Positions 9,818 to 20,014 of a stretch of DNA of 64,000 bases are shown here, one piece after another (position 1 is the first letter of the stretch; each line of letters starts with the position of its first letter). The stretch lies in NCBI GenBank assembly GCA_965230915.1, contig OZ246395.1:472935-536934 (forward strand), written 5' to 3'. A model generated the notes under the pieces. The model saw only the letters and a list, made by a program, of their open reading frames with translations. It had not been told where the DNA came from and did not search any database. Made by a program: the position numbers and the translations under genes. Origin of the DNA: an uncultured Candidatus Saccharibacteria bacterium. Lineage in GTDB: Bacteria; Patescibacteriota; WWE3; 2-01-FULL-39-13.

Positions 9818-10696
9818 CTACATGGTGATTCGAGTGACTTCAATAGTTTGCTTGACCTCTTTTGCGTAGCCGAGTGACTTTAGAAGCTTAATTGTGAGCA
9901 TCCCAAATAATGATGTAACTATTGATACAAATGTTGTGGTTCCAGCAATTGTAGAAAAAATTATAAACGTCGCAATGTAAACTATATATTGTAAATATGG
10001 ATCGATCATTGTATTAATTTGTTGTGTGATCATATCTGTAATTTTTGGCTTTACGGCAGAATTAACTGCAGAATTTATGAATTCGCTACCCATGCCGTTT
10101 GCCGAATCTAAATTTACATTCCCAGTAAGGCTTTCAATTAAGTTAGTTTGTTCTACTGTTTGAGCAACAACCTCAGACAATTTTATTTTAATTTTTTCGC
10201 TTAATTGTTGTTGTGCCTTTTCGGTATTATTTACTTGTAGAAAAATTAGCGCTGATATAAAGGCCGTAATAAAGATAATTGTTCTTGCGTTTGCACGGGC
10301 TGGAACTTGAATATAAGTTTTGATTTGGTTTCCGTAAAGTGAATCAAATTCGTGCATTATCGAATAAGCCATACCAATATATAAAACGAAAACAAAAAGC
10401 ATCATAAGTGGAGTTAATGTGTATTGTAGTAGAAAGACAGATGCGTAAGGCAAAAATAGAAGTGCAAAAAATCCGATTCGATAATATAGATTTTTATTTT
10501 GGGATAAAAATAATCCAATTGATAATGCCGTAATACTTGTAAAAGCTATTAGCATTATAAAAAAATTAAGCATTTGGTTTATATCAAATACAATTTCAAT
10601 TTCGGTCATTAATTTTGAACAAACTTGAAAGGTTAAAAATGCAAAGATAACTGCGGCAATCGCAAAAGGCAGGGTTTTTAAATTAAAACTTTCCAT
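9818..10696 (-). CDS. Hypothetical polytopic membrane protein
   Basis: Long ORF with several hydrophobic helices; no recognisable motif. Confidence 0.5.
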   Translation of the reverse strand: MESFNLKTLPFAIAAVIFAFLTFQVCSKLMTEIEIVFDINQMLNFFIMLIAFTSITALSIGLFLSQNKNLYYRIGFFALLFLPYASVFLLQYTLTPLMMLFVFVLYIGMAYSIMHEFDSLYGNQIKTYIQVPARANARTIIFITAFISALIFLQVNNTEKAQQQLSEKIKIKLSEVVAQTVEQTNLIESLTGNVNLDSANGMGSEFINSAVNSAVKPKITDMITQQINTMIDPYLQYIVYIATFIIFSTIAGTTTFVSIVTSLFGMLTIKLLKSLGYAKEVKQTIEVTRITM

Positions 10697-10745
10697 GTAG
10701 TTAAATTTAAACAGGTTTGTTTATACGAGTCAAAAGAGTTTTGAT

Positions 10746-11624
10746 TTATTCAATATCACGCAAGTTAATGTTTAGCGTTCTTACTTTTTCAATTCCGTAA
10801 GAATTTGGATCTCTAGAGCAGACTTCAAGATCGATTCCAGAAGATGTTAATTCATATTCCATTGAAAGTTGCCCGTTATTGCACGTAAATGTTTCTTCGG
10901 TTTTAAGTCCTTCGATAGCAATTTCTTTTTGGTCGACGACATTATATGCATATAAAGCTTCTTTTCCATCTTCTTCGGTACATGTGTATAAATAATAATT
11001 CTCAAAATTCTTGTTAATGCCTATTGTGTAACATCCGGCGTGGCCTCGACCATAATACAATTCGTATGTAGGTTTTAATTCTCCTCTTTGAAGATCTAAA
11101 AGATATTCGCTATAAGCATCTGACCCTTCGTGACCCTGGCCTATAAGTGCCATTTTAAGTGAATTTAATGGTTGAATAGAAAAGAAGCCTGTTCCTTCTC
11201 CGCTGCTTAGTTCTAGGTCTTCGAGTGCGATTACTTCTTCCGAACCGTCTTTTTCGATAACATAATTAACTGGGCTCCTAAGATTGTATCTAAATTGTTC
11301 TTCATCATAACTTCCGCCTTCGTAATCGATTTTGTAATAGTTCCAAGTTAATTTATAAGTTGTATCGTCAATTTTTGTTATTATTTTTTCGCCTTTGCCA
11401 TCTGGTTTATAATCAATAATGTCGTCATTGCTTGATGGATCTATTGTAGGTTCGGGAGTTGGTTGAGGTACTGGTTTTACTAAGTACCCTACACCAGTAA
11501 GTGCTTCAGGATTTTCATACATTTTGGGAAGTTCATTAGGAATAGGTTTATGCCAGGCCATTATACCTGCAACTATGAATGCGATTAAGACGATGATTAT
11601 TGCTTTGAGGTATTGTTCGTTCAC
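10746..11624 (-). CDS. Hypothetical membrane-anchored or secreted protein
   Basis: N-terminal signal-anchor (IIIVLIAFIVAGIMA), a Pro/Thr-rich linker, and a Cys-containing extracytoplasmic domain; no recognisable family. Confidence 0.5.
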   Translation of the reverse strand: MNEQYLKAIIIVLIAFIVAGIMAWHKPIPNELPKMYENPEALTGVGYLVKPVPQPTPEPTIDPSSNDDIIDYKPDGKGEKIITKIDDTTYKLTWNYYKIDYEGGSYDEEQFRYNLRSPVNYVIEKDGSEEVIALEDLELSSGEGTGFFSIQPLNSLKMALIGQGHEGSDAYSEYLLDLQRGELKPTYELYYGRGHAGCYTIGINKNFENYYLYTCTEEDGKEALYAYNVVDQKEIAIEGLKTEETFTCNNGQLSMEYELTSSGIDLEVCSRDPNSYGIEKVRTLNINLRDIE

Positions 11625-11656
11625 AAGATAATTCTGATTTAAAACAAATTACTTGT

Positions 11657-12181
11657 CTATATTGTATTTTGAGAATTAGCTGAATGTAGGCCTACAATCT
11701 TTTCAATTATCGCAGTCGTACTATTTTCTCTTACATCGTCGAAAAGTAATAAAGATCCGTTAACTGCCTCAATTCGATTCTTTTTAATTTCCCAATATTT
11801 ATCCGCTTCAATATTTGTAATTAGATAATTGGGTTTTAGGTTTTTTATTATTTTGTCGTAATATTTATTTGCTCTTGAAGTACTAAAATTATATGAGTTC
11901 TCAAGTAAGAGTACGTAATCAATACTAATAAATTCTGACAATATTTTTGCCCTAGCTTCTTGTGTATGAATTGGACGTGTCTTACCTTTTGATCTTCTGA
12001 TAGAAAGGTCGTTATCAATAGCTATTATTAATGTATCAACATGGTTTTTAGCAAATCGAAACAAATTCACATGTCCATTATGAGGAAGATCAAAACAGCC
12101 TGACGCAAAACCAACTTTTTCATTTGGATTTCTTGTTTTAAGCTCAAGAACAAGCTCTTTTAGCCTAACAATTTTCCCCAT
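11657..12181 (-). CDS. Cytidylyltransferase-like nucleotidyltransferase (HxGH superfamily; RfaE domain II / TagD-like)
   Basis: FASGCFDLPHNGHVNLF contains the (T/H)xGH signature of the cytidylyltransferase / adenylyltransferase alpha/beta fold. Confidence 0.6.
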   Translation of the reverse strand: MGKIVRLKELVLELKTRNPNEKVGFASGCFDLPHNGHVNLFRFAKNHVDTLIIAIDNDLSIRRSKGKTRPIHTQEARAKILSEFISIDYVLLLENSYNFSTSRANKYYDKIIKNLKPNYLITNIEADKYWEIKKNRIEAVNGSLLLFDDVRENSTTAIIEKIVGLHSANSQNTI

Positions 12182-12233
12182 AGTTCATGTATACATCAAA
12201 TTAGGTTAATAAAGAATGGGTGTTTTATTTTAA

Positions 12234-12310
12234 TGGTGGGAGGTACTGGACTTGAACCAGTGACCTACACAATGTCAATGTGTCGCTCTAGCCAGCTGAG
12301 CTAACCCCCC
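12234..12310 (-). tRNA. tRNA-Val (anticodon GAC), encoded CCA
   Basis: Reverse complement GGGGGGTTAGCTCAGCTGGCTAGAGCGACACATTGACATTGTGTAGGTCACTGGTTCAAGTCCAGTACCTCCCACCA; anticodon loop UUGACAU. Confidence 0.8.
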
Positions 12311-12372
12311 GTGTAGTCGAAGATTTTAAACTACATTATTTTAGCATTTTAGGCTTAAAGACTCGAGGTATT

Positions 12373-12414
12373 AAAAAAATCGCCTTACAGGTTTTTATTG
12401 ACCCATAAGGCGAA
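12373..12414 (-). terminator. Rho-independent terminator downstream of the Nudix gene
   Basis: Inverted repeat TCGCCTTA…TAAGGCGA, followed on the minus strand by a T7 run. Confidence 0.5.
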
Positions 12415-12441
12415 AACATTCAGAACATAGCACAAAGTCTT

Positions 12442-13044
12442 TTATGCCGCGATCTTAGCCTCAATAACTCGGTTATTGATCGCTTCGAGATAGTCGGTGA
12501 CGCGGTAAATAGCTGCAAGGTGCAACACAATACCAACATTCCGCATGACCGTTTCCAAACTTGCAAGTTGGACGCCGAGGATTACCTCCGTCGATTCTGG
12601 CGTAGGCGCACCTTCCTTCTTCACGTTTGGAATGTAGACGATGAACTGCCTAGCCGTGGTCTTATCGGGACCTTCGCGATAAGGTCCAAATACCACACAG
12701 TCCTGTAAGTTGCCGACGTACCCGGTTTCCTCTTTTAACTCACGGAGTGCAGCTTCGGCCGGTAATTCGCCGGTCTTCTTATTAATACCTCCGGCTGGAA
12801 ACCCAAACAGCACTTCTTTTGCTGCATGTTTATATTCCCTAACGCAGATAAACCGTCCACGTTCGTCCTGGGCGACAATTACAACAAAGTCGCCGCGGAT
12901 CCAGAAGTACCGGTCGCTTGTGACGCCGTTTTCCTCGACTCTTTCATATTGAATCCGAAGAAATTTCTCGTTTCCAGCGTCATCGCCAGCAAACTGGACT
13001 TCCCTGCTTGCAACAACTTTTGAGCCACTAAAAGCACTGCTCAT
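12442..13044 (-). CDS. NUDIX hydrolase (ADP-ribose pyrophosphatase-like); GC-rich gene
   Basis: Nudix box GGINKKTGELPAEAALRELKEETG (GX5EX7REUXEEXGU). GC content is visibly much higher than the flanks. Confidence 0.75.
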   Translation of the reverse strand: MSSAFSGSKVVASREVQFAGDDAGNEKFLRIQYERVEENGVTSDRYFWIRGDFVVIVAQDERGRFICVREYKHAAKEVLFGFPAGGINKKTGELPAEAALRELKEETGYVGNLQDCVVFGPYREGPDKTTARQFIVYIPNVKKEGAPTPESTEVILGVQLASLETVMRNVGIVLHLAAIYRVTDYLEAINNRVIEAKIAA

Positions 13045-13159
13045 ATTTGCTCCTTTTGAATGTCCTGCCTACCCTATAACAAACGCTATAGAGACATCAA
13101 GTTTAGATGTGGGGAAATTATAACATAGGCGACGCCAGCCGAAGCCGGCGTCTGGGTAA

Positions 13160-13741
13160 TTATCGTAGAATCTTATCAACCATACCGTATTTAACGGCTG
13201 CATCTGCGTCCATGTGGTAATCGCGTTCTGCATCGGCTTCTAATTTCTTAACAGGTTGACCTGTATCTTTTGACAATAGTTCATAAGAAATTTTTCGAAG
13301 TCTTAGAATTTCTTTTGCCTGAATTTCGATATCAGTTGCCTGACCTTCTGCTCCACCATGTGGCTGGTGAATCATAACCATAGAATGTGGAAGTGCAAAT
13401 CTTTTGCCTTTTGTTCCGCCGGCTAAAATTATTGAAGCCATTGAAGCTGCAAGACCGATACAGATTGTTGAAACATCGCATTTTAAGCTTTTCATTGTGT
13501 CGTAAATTGCGAGTCCGTAATAAACAACTCCACCTGGGGAGCTTATGTACATGTTTATATCTTTTTTAGGATCTTTTGCCTGTAAGAACAAAAGTTGCGC
13601 AATAACTGTGTTTGCACTTGCTTCGTCGATTGGCCCACCTAAGAACACGATTCTGTCTTCTAATAATCTTGAATATATGTCGTATGATCTTTCAAATCCT
13701 TTTGGATCTTTTTCTACGACCATTGGTACGAGTACGCTCAT
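13160..13741 (-). CDS. clpP: ATP-dependent Clp protease proteolytic subunit
   Basis: [18 protein letters not shown]…ISSPGG…; catalytic Ser (GLAASMAS) and His (MVMIHQP) contexts are conserved. Confidence 0.9.
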   Translation of the reverse strand: MSVLVPMVVEKDPKGFERSYDIYSRLLEDRIVFLGGPIDEASANTVIAQLLFLQAKDPKKDINMYISSPGGVVYYGLAIYDTMKSLKCDVSTICIGLAASMASIILAGGTKGKRFALPHSMVMIHQPHGGAEGQATDIEIQAKEILRLRKISYELLSKDTGQPVKKLEADAERDYHMDADAAVKYGMVDKILR

Positions 13742-13743
13742 TT

Positions 13744-14658
13744 TTAATTTTCCTTTGTAACTATTTTTTCGTCTGACTTGCGATCTTCCTTTGCGTCGCC
13801 AACAGCAGCATCAGCTAGCTTTTGAAGTGTTTTGTTCTTTAATAGAACTGCTTTAATATACATTTTTTGATCTGGCTTTGACAATGCTTCCCGGCTTTTT
13901 TCATCTGGAATTCCAGCAATTGTCTGTTCGACATCTTGTTCTGTTACTTCAACTTTTTCTTTTGTTGCAATTTCTGTGATAGCAAAATCTGATTTAATAT
14001 TTCTTTCTGCTACTTTTATATATTCAGCTCGAACCTCTTCAGCTTTTTTGTTTATAGCTTCGAGATATTTATCGATTGTTATACCCATTTGGCCTAGTTG
14101 GTCTAGCATTGATTGCATCATACGATCGGTTTCTTCGTTTATTAACTGTTCAGAAACATCGATCTTTGAAACAGTTAATACTGCGTCGATTATGTCTTCG
14201 GTTGTTAATTCTTTACTTTCTGCCTCTGTTTCACCCTCCTTAGGTTCGGTTTTTGCCTTAGCTTTTTCTGCTTTCTTTTCTTTGATAGCTTTTGTATAGT
14301 CGCCGATTTCAATTTCTGGTTTTTCGATAATTATCATGACCAACTTTAGGTCTTTGCCTTCCTCGAATTCTTTAATTTCAAATCTTGGATAAACAATCGG
14401 TGTGAATTTATTTTCAGATAAAACCTGTCGCTGAACCTCTTCTAAAATATGGTTCATAGCGTGGCTTCTTAGGTGATTCATATCTATATGTTTTTTAGCT
14501 ACATCTAATGGAGCCTTACCTTTTCTAAATCCTTTAACTTCAAGGTTTTTTGTCTCGTGCTCTAGAGCTTCGATAATATGTTGTTCTACGTGGGCTTTTT
14601 CGACTGTAACATCGATCTTATATGTGTTGTTTTTATCTTTGTTGACTTTGATTTCCAT
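13744..14658 (-). CDS. tig: Trigger factor (short form, apparently without the PPIase domain)
   Basis: N-terminal ribosome-binding domain with GFRKGKAP motif, located immediately upstream of clpP as in many bacteria. At 304 aa it is shorter than the usual ~430 aa. Confidence 0.75.
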   Translation of the reverse strand: MEIKVNKDKNNTYKIDVTVEKAHVEQHIIEALEHETKNLEVKGFRKGKAPLDVAKKHIDMNHLRSHAMNHILEEVQRQVLSENKFTPIVYPRFEIKEFEEGKDLKLVMIIIEKPEIEIGDYTKAIKEKKAEKAKAKTEPKEGETEAESKELTTEDIIDAVLTVSKIDVSEQLINEETDRMMQSMLDQLGQMGITIDKYLEAINKKAEEVRAEYIKVAERNIKSDFAITEIATKEKVEVTEQDVEQTIAGIPDEKSREALSKPDQKMYIKAVLLKNKTLQKLADAAVGDAKEDRKSDEKIVTKEN

Positions 14659-14790
14659 AAAAGCAGATTATACCTATCTTGCAATCAAAATGGAAGCTGG
14701 ATTGATAATTTTTTTTAAGGCTTACCCATTTTGTGCTAAAATCCTAGCTTATCAACGTATTTAGGAATACCAGTACGAAAGGAAAAGGAA

Positions 14791-15225
14791 ATGAATGCAA
14801 TTCTTTTTTCGATGAAGACCCATCCGATCGATTGGGTAATTTTGACTGTAACCTTTCTATTCTGTGCTGTGGTAATTCTCACCAGAAAGAAAAATGCAAA
14901 ACTGGGTGTTACTATCTTCAAGATTACCGTACTTTTGGAAGTTCTGCTTACCTTAATGCTGTTTAATAGTCTTAGGGGAATCGCACGAACCATGCCAGCT
15001 TTGGCGGTTGAACAATTGTCACTGGCATATTTGGGCTTGATTACAGTTATTTCTTTGATTGGTGTTTTTGCACTTTTAGCCGTAGCCTTCAGCGTAGAAG
15101 TACGGCTTTGGCTAATACAGGTTTTAGAGAACCCGAAATCGAGCATTGTGTTTGTTGTGCTATTTGCGCTTTATCTGGTTTTTATGGCGATCTCTGCGGT
15201 GATGTATATATCTCTAATGATATAG
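14791..15225 (+). CDS. Hypothetical small polytopic membrane protein
   Basis: Four hydrophobic helices; good SD (AGGAAAAGGAAATG). The overlapping minus-strand ORF 14736..15146 looks like a shadow ORF. Confidence 0.5.
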   Translation: MNAILFSMKTHPIDWVILTVTFLFCAVVILTRKKNAKLGVTIFKITVLLEVLLTLMLFNSLRGIARTMPALAVEQLSLAYLGLITVISLIGVFALLAVAFSVEVRLWLIQVLENPKSSIVFVVLFALYLVFMAISAVMYISLMI

Positions 15226-15290
15226 CCTAAATTACGTGATTGTTCCCTATAGGAAGGACTAAGCTTTTAAACTTGGTTCTTCCTGGTATT

Positions 15291-16472
15291 TTACTCGTAT
15301 CTTAAGGCTTCGATTGGGTCTTTTCTGCTAGCTTGAATGGCTGGATAAGTTCCAAAAATTATTCCAACAACTGCTGAAAAAGAAAAGGCTAATAAAACCG
15401 CCCACCATGGAACTTCTGTTCTCAAAAAGCCTCGCATAGCAAGTGATCCAAGCCAACCTAAAAGTATTCCGATAAGTCCCCCTGCGATACTAAGTAACAT
15501 CGATTCGACCAAGAATTGTGTGGCAACTTCATTTGGAGTTGCACCCAATGCCTTTCTTAGACCAATTTCTCGTGTACGTTCGGTTACTGACACAAGCATT
15601 ATGTTCATAATGCCGATTCCTCCAACTAACAACGAAATTGCAGCGATTGCTCCTAAGCCTAGAGTTAGCATTCCTAAAATGTCTTGAATCGAAGATAAAA
15701 TATCTTCTTGAGACATAACTGTAAATTCATCGTCTTTTAGATCGCGTAATAAAGCCCGCTGAACTTGTCTAATTGCGGTACTCATATTATCAGGATTTCT
15801 AACTTTCATAGCGATACCGCTAATTCGTGGTTGGTCGAAAGTTTCTAAACCGGATGTATATGGAATAACCGCGGCTTCGTCGAACCCCTGGCCCTTTGGT
15901 TTGTAGGTTCCAATTACTTCATATGATTCGTCGTTAATTTTTACGCGTTGGCCAAGTGGGCTTTGTGATCCAAATAATTCTTCGACTACTTTTGAGCCTA
16001 AAATAACGGCTTTCGTTTTGGCGCGAACTTCAGATTTTGTAAAATATCGGCCTTCATCGATTTCAAAATTATAAATATCAAAGCCATCTTCGTTTAATCC
16101 GTAAAAACTTGTGTAGTAAGATTTAGTTTTGAATTCTGTATTTGCACCAGCCTGCATTGTTCCCGTAATTTCAGAAATATAAGGACCTGCATATCTTTCT
16201 ATTAAACGAACATGTTTTTCGTCTAGTTTATTACTTAAAACTGATTCAGCTGGGTCACGGCCGAAGTCTACTTTTCCTGGCTGAACAAATACAAGATTAG
16301 AGCCCAATGCTTCAAATTGATCTGTAATATAGTTTTGGACACCGCGTCCGATCGAAATTAAAAGAATAACCGCAGTGACTCCGATAATAACGCCTAGCAT
16401 TGTTAAAACTGATCTGACCTTGTTTGCGGTTAGCGCAACAATTGATGTATTAAAGGTTTCTAATAAGTTCAT
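15291..16472 (-). CDS. ABC transporter permease, FtsX/MacB family
   Basis: N-terminal TM, large periplasmic domain, and a C-terminal FtsX-type 3-TM bundle; downstream of a MacB/LolD-like ATPase. Confidence 0.8.
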   Translation of the reverse strand: MNLLETFNTSIVALTANKVRSVLTMLGVIIGVTAVILLISIGRGVQNYITDQFEALGSNLVFVQPGKVDFGRDPAESVLSNKLDEKHVRLIERYAGPYISEITGTMQAGANTEFKTKSYYTSFYGLNEDGFDIYNFEIDEGRYFTKSEVRAKTKAVILGSKVVEELFGSQSPLGQRVKINDESYEVIGTYKPKGQGFDEAAVIPYTSGLETFDQPRISGIAMKVRNPDNMSTAIRQVQRALLRDLKDDEFTVMSQEDILSSIQDILGMLTLGLGAIAAISLLVGGIGIMNIMLVSVTERTREIGLRKALGATPNEVATQFLVESMLLSIAGGLIGILLGWLGSLAMRGFLRTEVPWWAVLLAFSFSAVVGIIFGTYPAIQASRKDPIEALRYE

Positions 16473-17209
16473 TTATTTAAAATTTCGCCGTCTTGAATAA
16501 CTATTTTTCGTTTTGCAATTTCTGCCAAGTCGTCATCGTGTGTAACGATAATTATTGTTTTTCCTTGATCATGCAATTTTGCAAAAAGTTTTACGATTTC
16601 ATCTCCCGTTTTTGTATCAAGGTTTCCGGTTGGTTCATCTGCCAGAATAATTGATGGATTATTAATTAGTGCTCTTGCAATCGCCACGCGTTGTTTTTGT
16701 CCGCCTGACAACTCATTTGATTTGTTATACATACGCTCTTCGAGACCTACTAATTTGATAGCCTCGATTGCTCGCGATTCCCATTCTTTTTTTGGAACTT
16801 TGCTGTATTTAAGAGGCAAAATAACATTATCCAAAACGTTTGTTCGTTGTAAAAGATTAAAAGACTGAAAAACGAATCCGATTTCAGCATTTCGGATGTG
16901 CGCCAGTTCTTTTTGCGAAAGATTACTTACGTCTTTTCCGTTCAGGTAAATATGTCCGCTAGTTGGAGTATCTAAAAGGCCAATTAAGTGCATTAAGGTA
17001 GATTTGCCCGAGCCCGATTTTCCTACAATTGCAATGTATTCGCCTTCGTGAATTTTTATTGATATGCCTTTTAGTGCGTGAATTTTGTTTTCTCCAATGG
17101 TGTAGGATTTTTTAACATCCTTTGTTTCTAGTATTAGTTTTTCTGCTTTGGAGCTTGATTTAGATTGAGTCTTTGCCATTTGTATTACTTTTTGCGCAGC
17201 AAAATGCAA
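16469..17209 (-). CDS. ABC transporter ATP-binding protein (MacB/LolD-like)
   Basis: Walker [10 protein letters not shown], signature [15 protein letters not shown], Walker [13 protein letters not shown]-loop IVTHD. There is a 4-nt overlap with the permease gene. Confidence 0.9.
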   Translation of the reverse strand: MHFAAQKVIQMAKTQSKSSSKAEKLILETKDVKKSYTIGENKIHALKGISIKIHEGEYIAIVGKSGSGKSTLMHLIGLLDTPTSGHIYLNGKDVSNLSQKELAHIRNAEIGFVFQSFNLLQRTNVLDNVILPLKYSKVPKKEWESRAIEAIKLVGLEERMYNKSNELSGGQKQRVAIARALINNPSIILADEPTGNLDTKTGDEIVKLFAKLHDQGKTIIIVTHDDDLAEIAKRKIVIQDGEILNK

Positions 17210-17223
17210 GGAGCATCGCGACG

Positions 17224-18291
17224 CTATTCTTTGGCGATCTGACCTTTATCTCCTTCTGCTACTTCGATGCTAGAATCTGAAGGAATCACAACGGTTTGAC
17301 CTTCCAAACTATCGATTACTTCTGTGTATACATCTCCGACAATTCCGATTTGAACATATTTTTTCTTTAAAACACCATTATCTAAAACCCAAACATATGT
17401 CTTGTCGTTGTCGTCGGTAAATACAGCATCATATGAAATTGCCTGTACTGTCTCAGAAGTTTGGCTTGAAATTATTGTTCCGTCACCCGCCATACCAAGT
17501 AAAATTGGTCTGTCATCTTTAGCATCCAGCGCAACTTTTACTTTAAATTCGGAGCTATTTGCTGAATCAATATATTTTGGAAGTTCAATTACTTTTCCGT
17601 AAAAAATTTCATCTGGATAGGCGTCGATTTCTACTTCAGCAGGAGCATCTAACTTAACTTTACCAAAATCTTCTTGGTCTAACCCGACTTCAAAATATAA
17701 TCCGCCTAAATCTGCAAGTTTTACTACAGTTTCAGTTGGTCCGGCTGGTTCACCAACTTTCTTTAGAACATCAACTACGGTTCCTGCAAATGGAGCACGG
17801 ATATTTAAATCGTTAATATTTGCTAATTGCGCTCGGTAGTTTGCTTCTGCTCGGCTAATTTCTTCATTTAAAGTTCTAAGCCTAATATCATAAACTTCAG
17901 CTCCACCAACTGCATCTTTATCAATTGTTTGTTCTACAAATAAATCGCGGTTTCTTAAAGCGATATCTCGCGCATCTTTTGCAGCCTTTGAGCTTTGAGC
18001 AACAGATGTTGCATCAAGTGTTGCCAAAATTTGACCGGCATTCACAATTGCACCTTTCGTTACAGTTATAGAACTAATTTTGCCTCCACCTAAAAAATTT
18101 AAATCGGCATAATTTTCTGCAGAAACGGTTCCGCTTGCAGAAACACTTTCACGAACCTGTACATTTTCGACTGGTACAGTTTCAACCTGAACCGTTTTAG
18201 GTTGTTGGCTTGAGTACCACATAAATGCAGCAATTCCTAATACTGCCAATACTATAATTGTTATGATTATTCGTTTTCTAGTAAATTTCAT
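17224..18291 (-). CDS. Efflux periplasmic adaptor subunit (HlyD/MacA family)
   Basis: N-terminal anchor, coiled-coil hairpin region and beta-barrel lipoyl-like motifs (…ATLDATSV…), placed upstream of the ABC ATPase/permease pair. Confidence 0.75.
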   Translation of the reverse strand: MKFTRKRIIITIIVLAVLGIAAFMWYSSQQPKTVQVETVPVENVQVRESVSASGTVSAENYADLNFLGGGKISSITVTKGAIVNAGQILATLDATSVAQSSKAAKDARDIALRNRDLFVEQTIDKDAVGGAEVYDIRLRTLNEEISRAEANYRAQLANINDLNIRAPFAGTVVDVLKKVGEPAGPTETVVKLADLGGLYFEVGLDQEDFGKVKLDAPAEVEIDAYPDEIFYGKVIELPKYIDSANSSEFKVKVALDAKDDRPILLGMAGDGTIISSQTSETVQAISYDAVFTDDNDKTYVWVLDNGVLKKKYVQIGIVGDVYTEVIDSLEGQTVVIPSDSSIEVAEGDKGQIAKE

Positions 18292-19325
18292 TTAGATATT
18301 TTTTTGCCACGTAGACCCAGCAAGAATTTGAGTACCAGACCTAAGAATGTAATTATACTGAACATGTAAAGTATAGACCCAATATACGGACCCATGCTTA
18401 TTACATCAAATATAAAAATACCACAAATTAATTGAATAAGAACCCCTTTTGCATTAGGCAAAAGTTTTTTCCCGATAAACATGGCAGGATAAAGCGGTGC
18501 AATGTAAATTAAGAAAATCACTATACCTGTTATTACCAGAGCTATAGGGGCAGCAATTACCGAAGCCAAAAGCAAAATTATTACAAGCGGAATTAGTACT
18601 AAAGAAAGTAATCCGTACAATAAATTCTGGGAAATGTTTTTTGTATAAGAATTAAGGCCTTTTTCAAATATCTTAGGAAAAAAGTTTATTATGAGTAGTC
18701 CCATTAGAATTAAAGATAGTGAATGAATAATTTTGCCGATAATGACTTTAAGTCTCATGAATTCTTCGTTTTCTTCGACTTTTGAAGTATCAGTTTGTAC
18801 TAACTTTCCTCCTAAAAATGATTTATCTGTTAAATTTGGAATTGAGTTTAAATAATGAATATTACCTGCAACATTTCCGTCTATTAAAATGTTTGCATCT
18901 TTTGCATATCCTAAATTTAAATCTCCACCTACTCTGCCATATAAGCTAAAACCTTGGCTAATTCCGTAAGCATCTTTGCTTACTTCTCCGACTGAAGTAA
19001 TAACAACCTTTTCTGATATGAATGCAAAAGATCCCGAAACCTGTGATTCTATTTCAGTTTGTGAACCTACGACTCTTAAGTCTCCATTGATTGGAGCTGC
19101 AATTGAAACATTGTCCCCAATTATTAAAACATCTCCATTAATTGGAGCATCAACTGAGATATTTGTACCTATCAATATAGTTTCACCGTTAACCTCTTTG
19201 GATATTCTAATATCATCTTCATTTATAAAATGTGGAGCTGGACCTTGGATAGTCGTTGCGAAACTTTGTGTTGGTAAAAAAATAAATAACAATAATAGAG
19301 TTAATGTTGCAAGGAATTTTCTCAT
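18288..19325 (-). CDS. Secreted beta-helix-like repeat protein (bactofilin / polymer-forming-like xINGDhxhxG repeats) with a C-terminal 4-TM anchor
   Basis: Signal peptide; repeated motifs DAPINGDVLIIGDNVSIAAPINGDLRVVG…; C-terminal hydrophobic helices. First gene of the MacAB-like operon, with a 4-nt overlap. Confidence 0.5.
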   Translation of the reverse strand: MRKFLATLTLLLLFIFLPTQSFATTIQGPAPHFINEDDIRISKEVNGETILIGTNISVDAPINGDVLIIGDNVSIAAPINGDLRVVGSQTEIESQVSGSFAFISEKVVITSVGEVSKDAYGISQGFSLYGRVGGDLNLGYAKDANILIDGNVAGNIHYLNSIPNLTDKSFLGGKLVQTDTSKVEENEEFMRLKVIIGKIIHSLSLILMGLLIINFFPKIFEKGLNSYTKNISQNLLYGLLSLVLIPLVIILLLASVIAAPIALVITGIVIFLIYIAPLYPAMFIGKKLLPNAKGVLIQLICGIFIFDVISMGPYIGSILYMFSIITFLGLVLKFLLGLRGKKISK

Positions 19326-19403
19326 AATTACAATTTAGCAGAAAATAAAAAATGCGCACCCTCTAGATGTATGTTGTCATCTAGAGGATGCAGACCTTGG
19401 CGA

Positions 19404-19745
19404 TTATTCGCCAAGAATTTCACGCACGATTTGAATCAACCTTTTTTCAGAGTTTGGATCAGGAGAATTCGGGACAGTTTCATGTGGCCGGCCACCAGAA
19501 GCAAAAATAACTTTTTGGCCCATGGCGTGTAGTTGAGTCGCTAAATTGCGACCGTCGTCGGCACTCCGGATCGTTCCATCCAAAATAATAACGTCGAAAT
19601 CATGGTCGCCGCTGAGAAGCTTCTCGGTTAACTCAGGCGTCAGGTCGCTTTCAGACACCACCTCATAACCATAACCCTCTAGATATAATCGTGTAATTTC
19701 TAATTTACTTAGCCTGTCCTCTACATGGAGAATCTTTTGTGACAT
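19404..19745 (-). CDS. Standalone response-regulator receiver (REC) domain protein; GC-rich gene
   Basis: Acidic pocket (HVEDR), phospho-acceptor context VIILDG, and a conserved K (QKVIFASGG). No output domain, and no adjacent histidine kinase. Confidence 0.55.
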   Translation of the reverse strand: MSQKILHVEDRLSKLEITRLYLEGYGYEVVSESDLTPELTEKLLSGDHDFDVIILDGTIRSADDGRNLATQLHAMGQKVIFASGGRPHETVPNSPDPNSEKRLIQIVREILGE

Positions 19746-19887
19746 ATACGTGCCCTTTCTTCGAAATGGGTTATAAAAAGTAGGTCGGCAATATTATACG
19801 CTAATTTTTGCCGAAAAATATGGTGAAAAGCAGGACAAATCCTTAGTGGTTTGCTTAAATACTAAGCTTATTTGTTAACTGAAATGT

Positions 19888-19971
19888 GGTGCCGAGGAGA
19901 GGACTCGAACCTCCAAACCTTGCGGCACATGCTCCTAAGGCATGCGCGTCTACCAATTTCGCCACCTCGGC
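19888..19971 (-). tRNA. tRNA-Leu (anticodon TAG), class II with long variable arm, encoded CCA
   Basis: Reverse complement GCCGAGGTGGCGAAATTGGTAGACGCGCATGCCTTAGGAGCATG…GGTTCGAGTCCTCTCCTCGGCACCA. Confidence 0.8.
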
Positions 19972-20014
19972 ATGAGGAGACACAATTCACATATTATACA
20001 GAAATTTCTATTGA

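Noticed and set aside
13120-13150. GC hairpin GACGCCAGCCGAAGCCGGCGTC between Nudix and clpP
   Set aside because: It has no adjoining T-run on either strand; it is probably just the structured end of the GC-rich insert rather than a terminator.
14736-15146. 136-aa minus-strand ORF
   Set aside because: Shadow ORF of the plus-strand membrane protein, which has a good RBS and TM helices; its own sequence is Ser/Thr/Lys-rich and unstructured.
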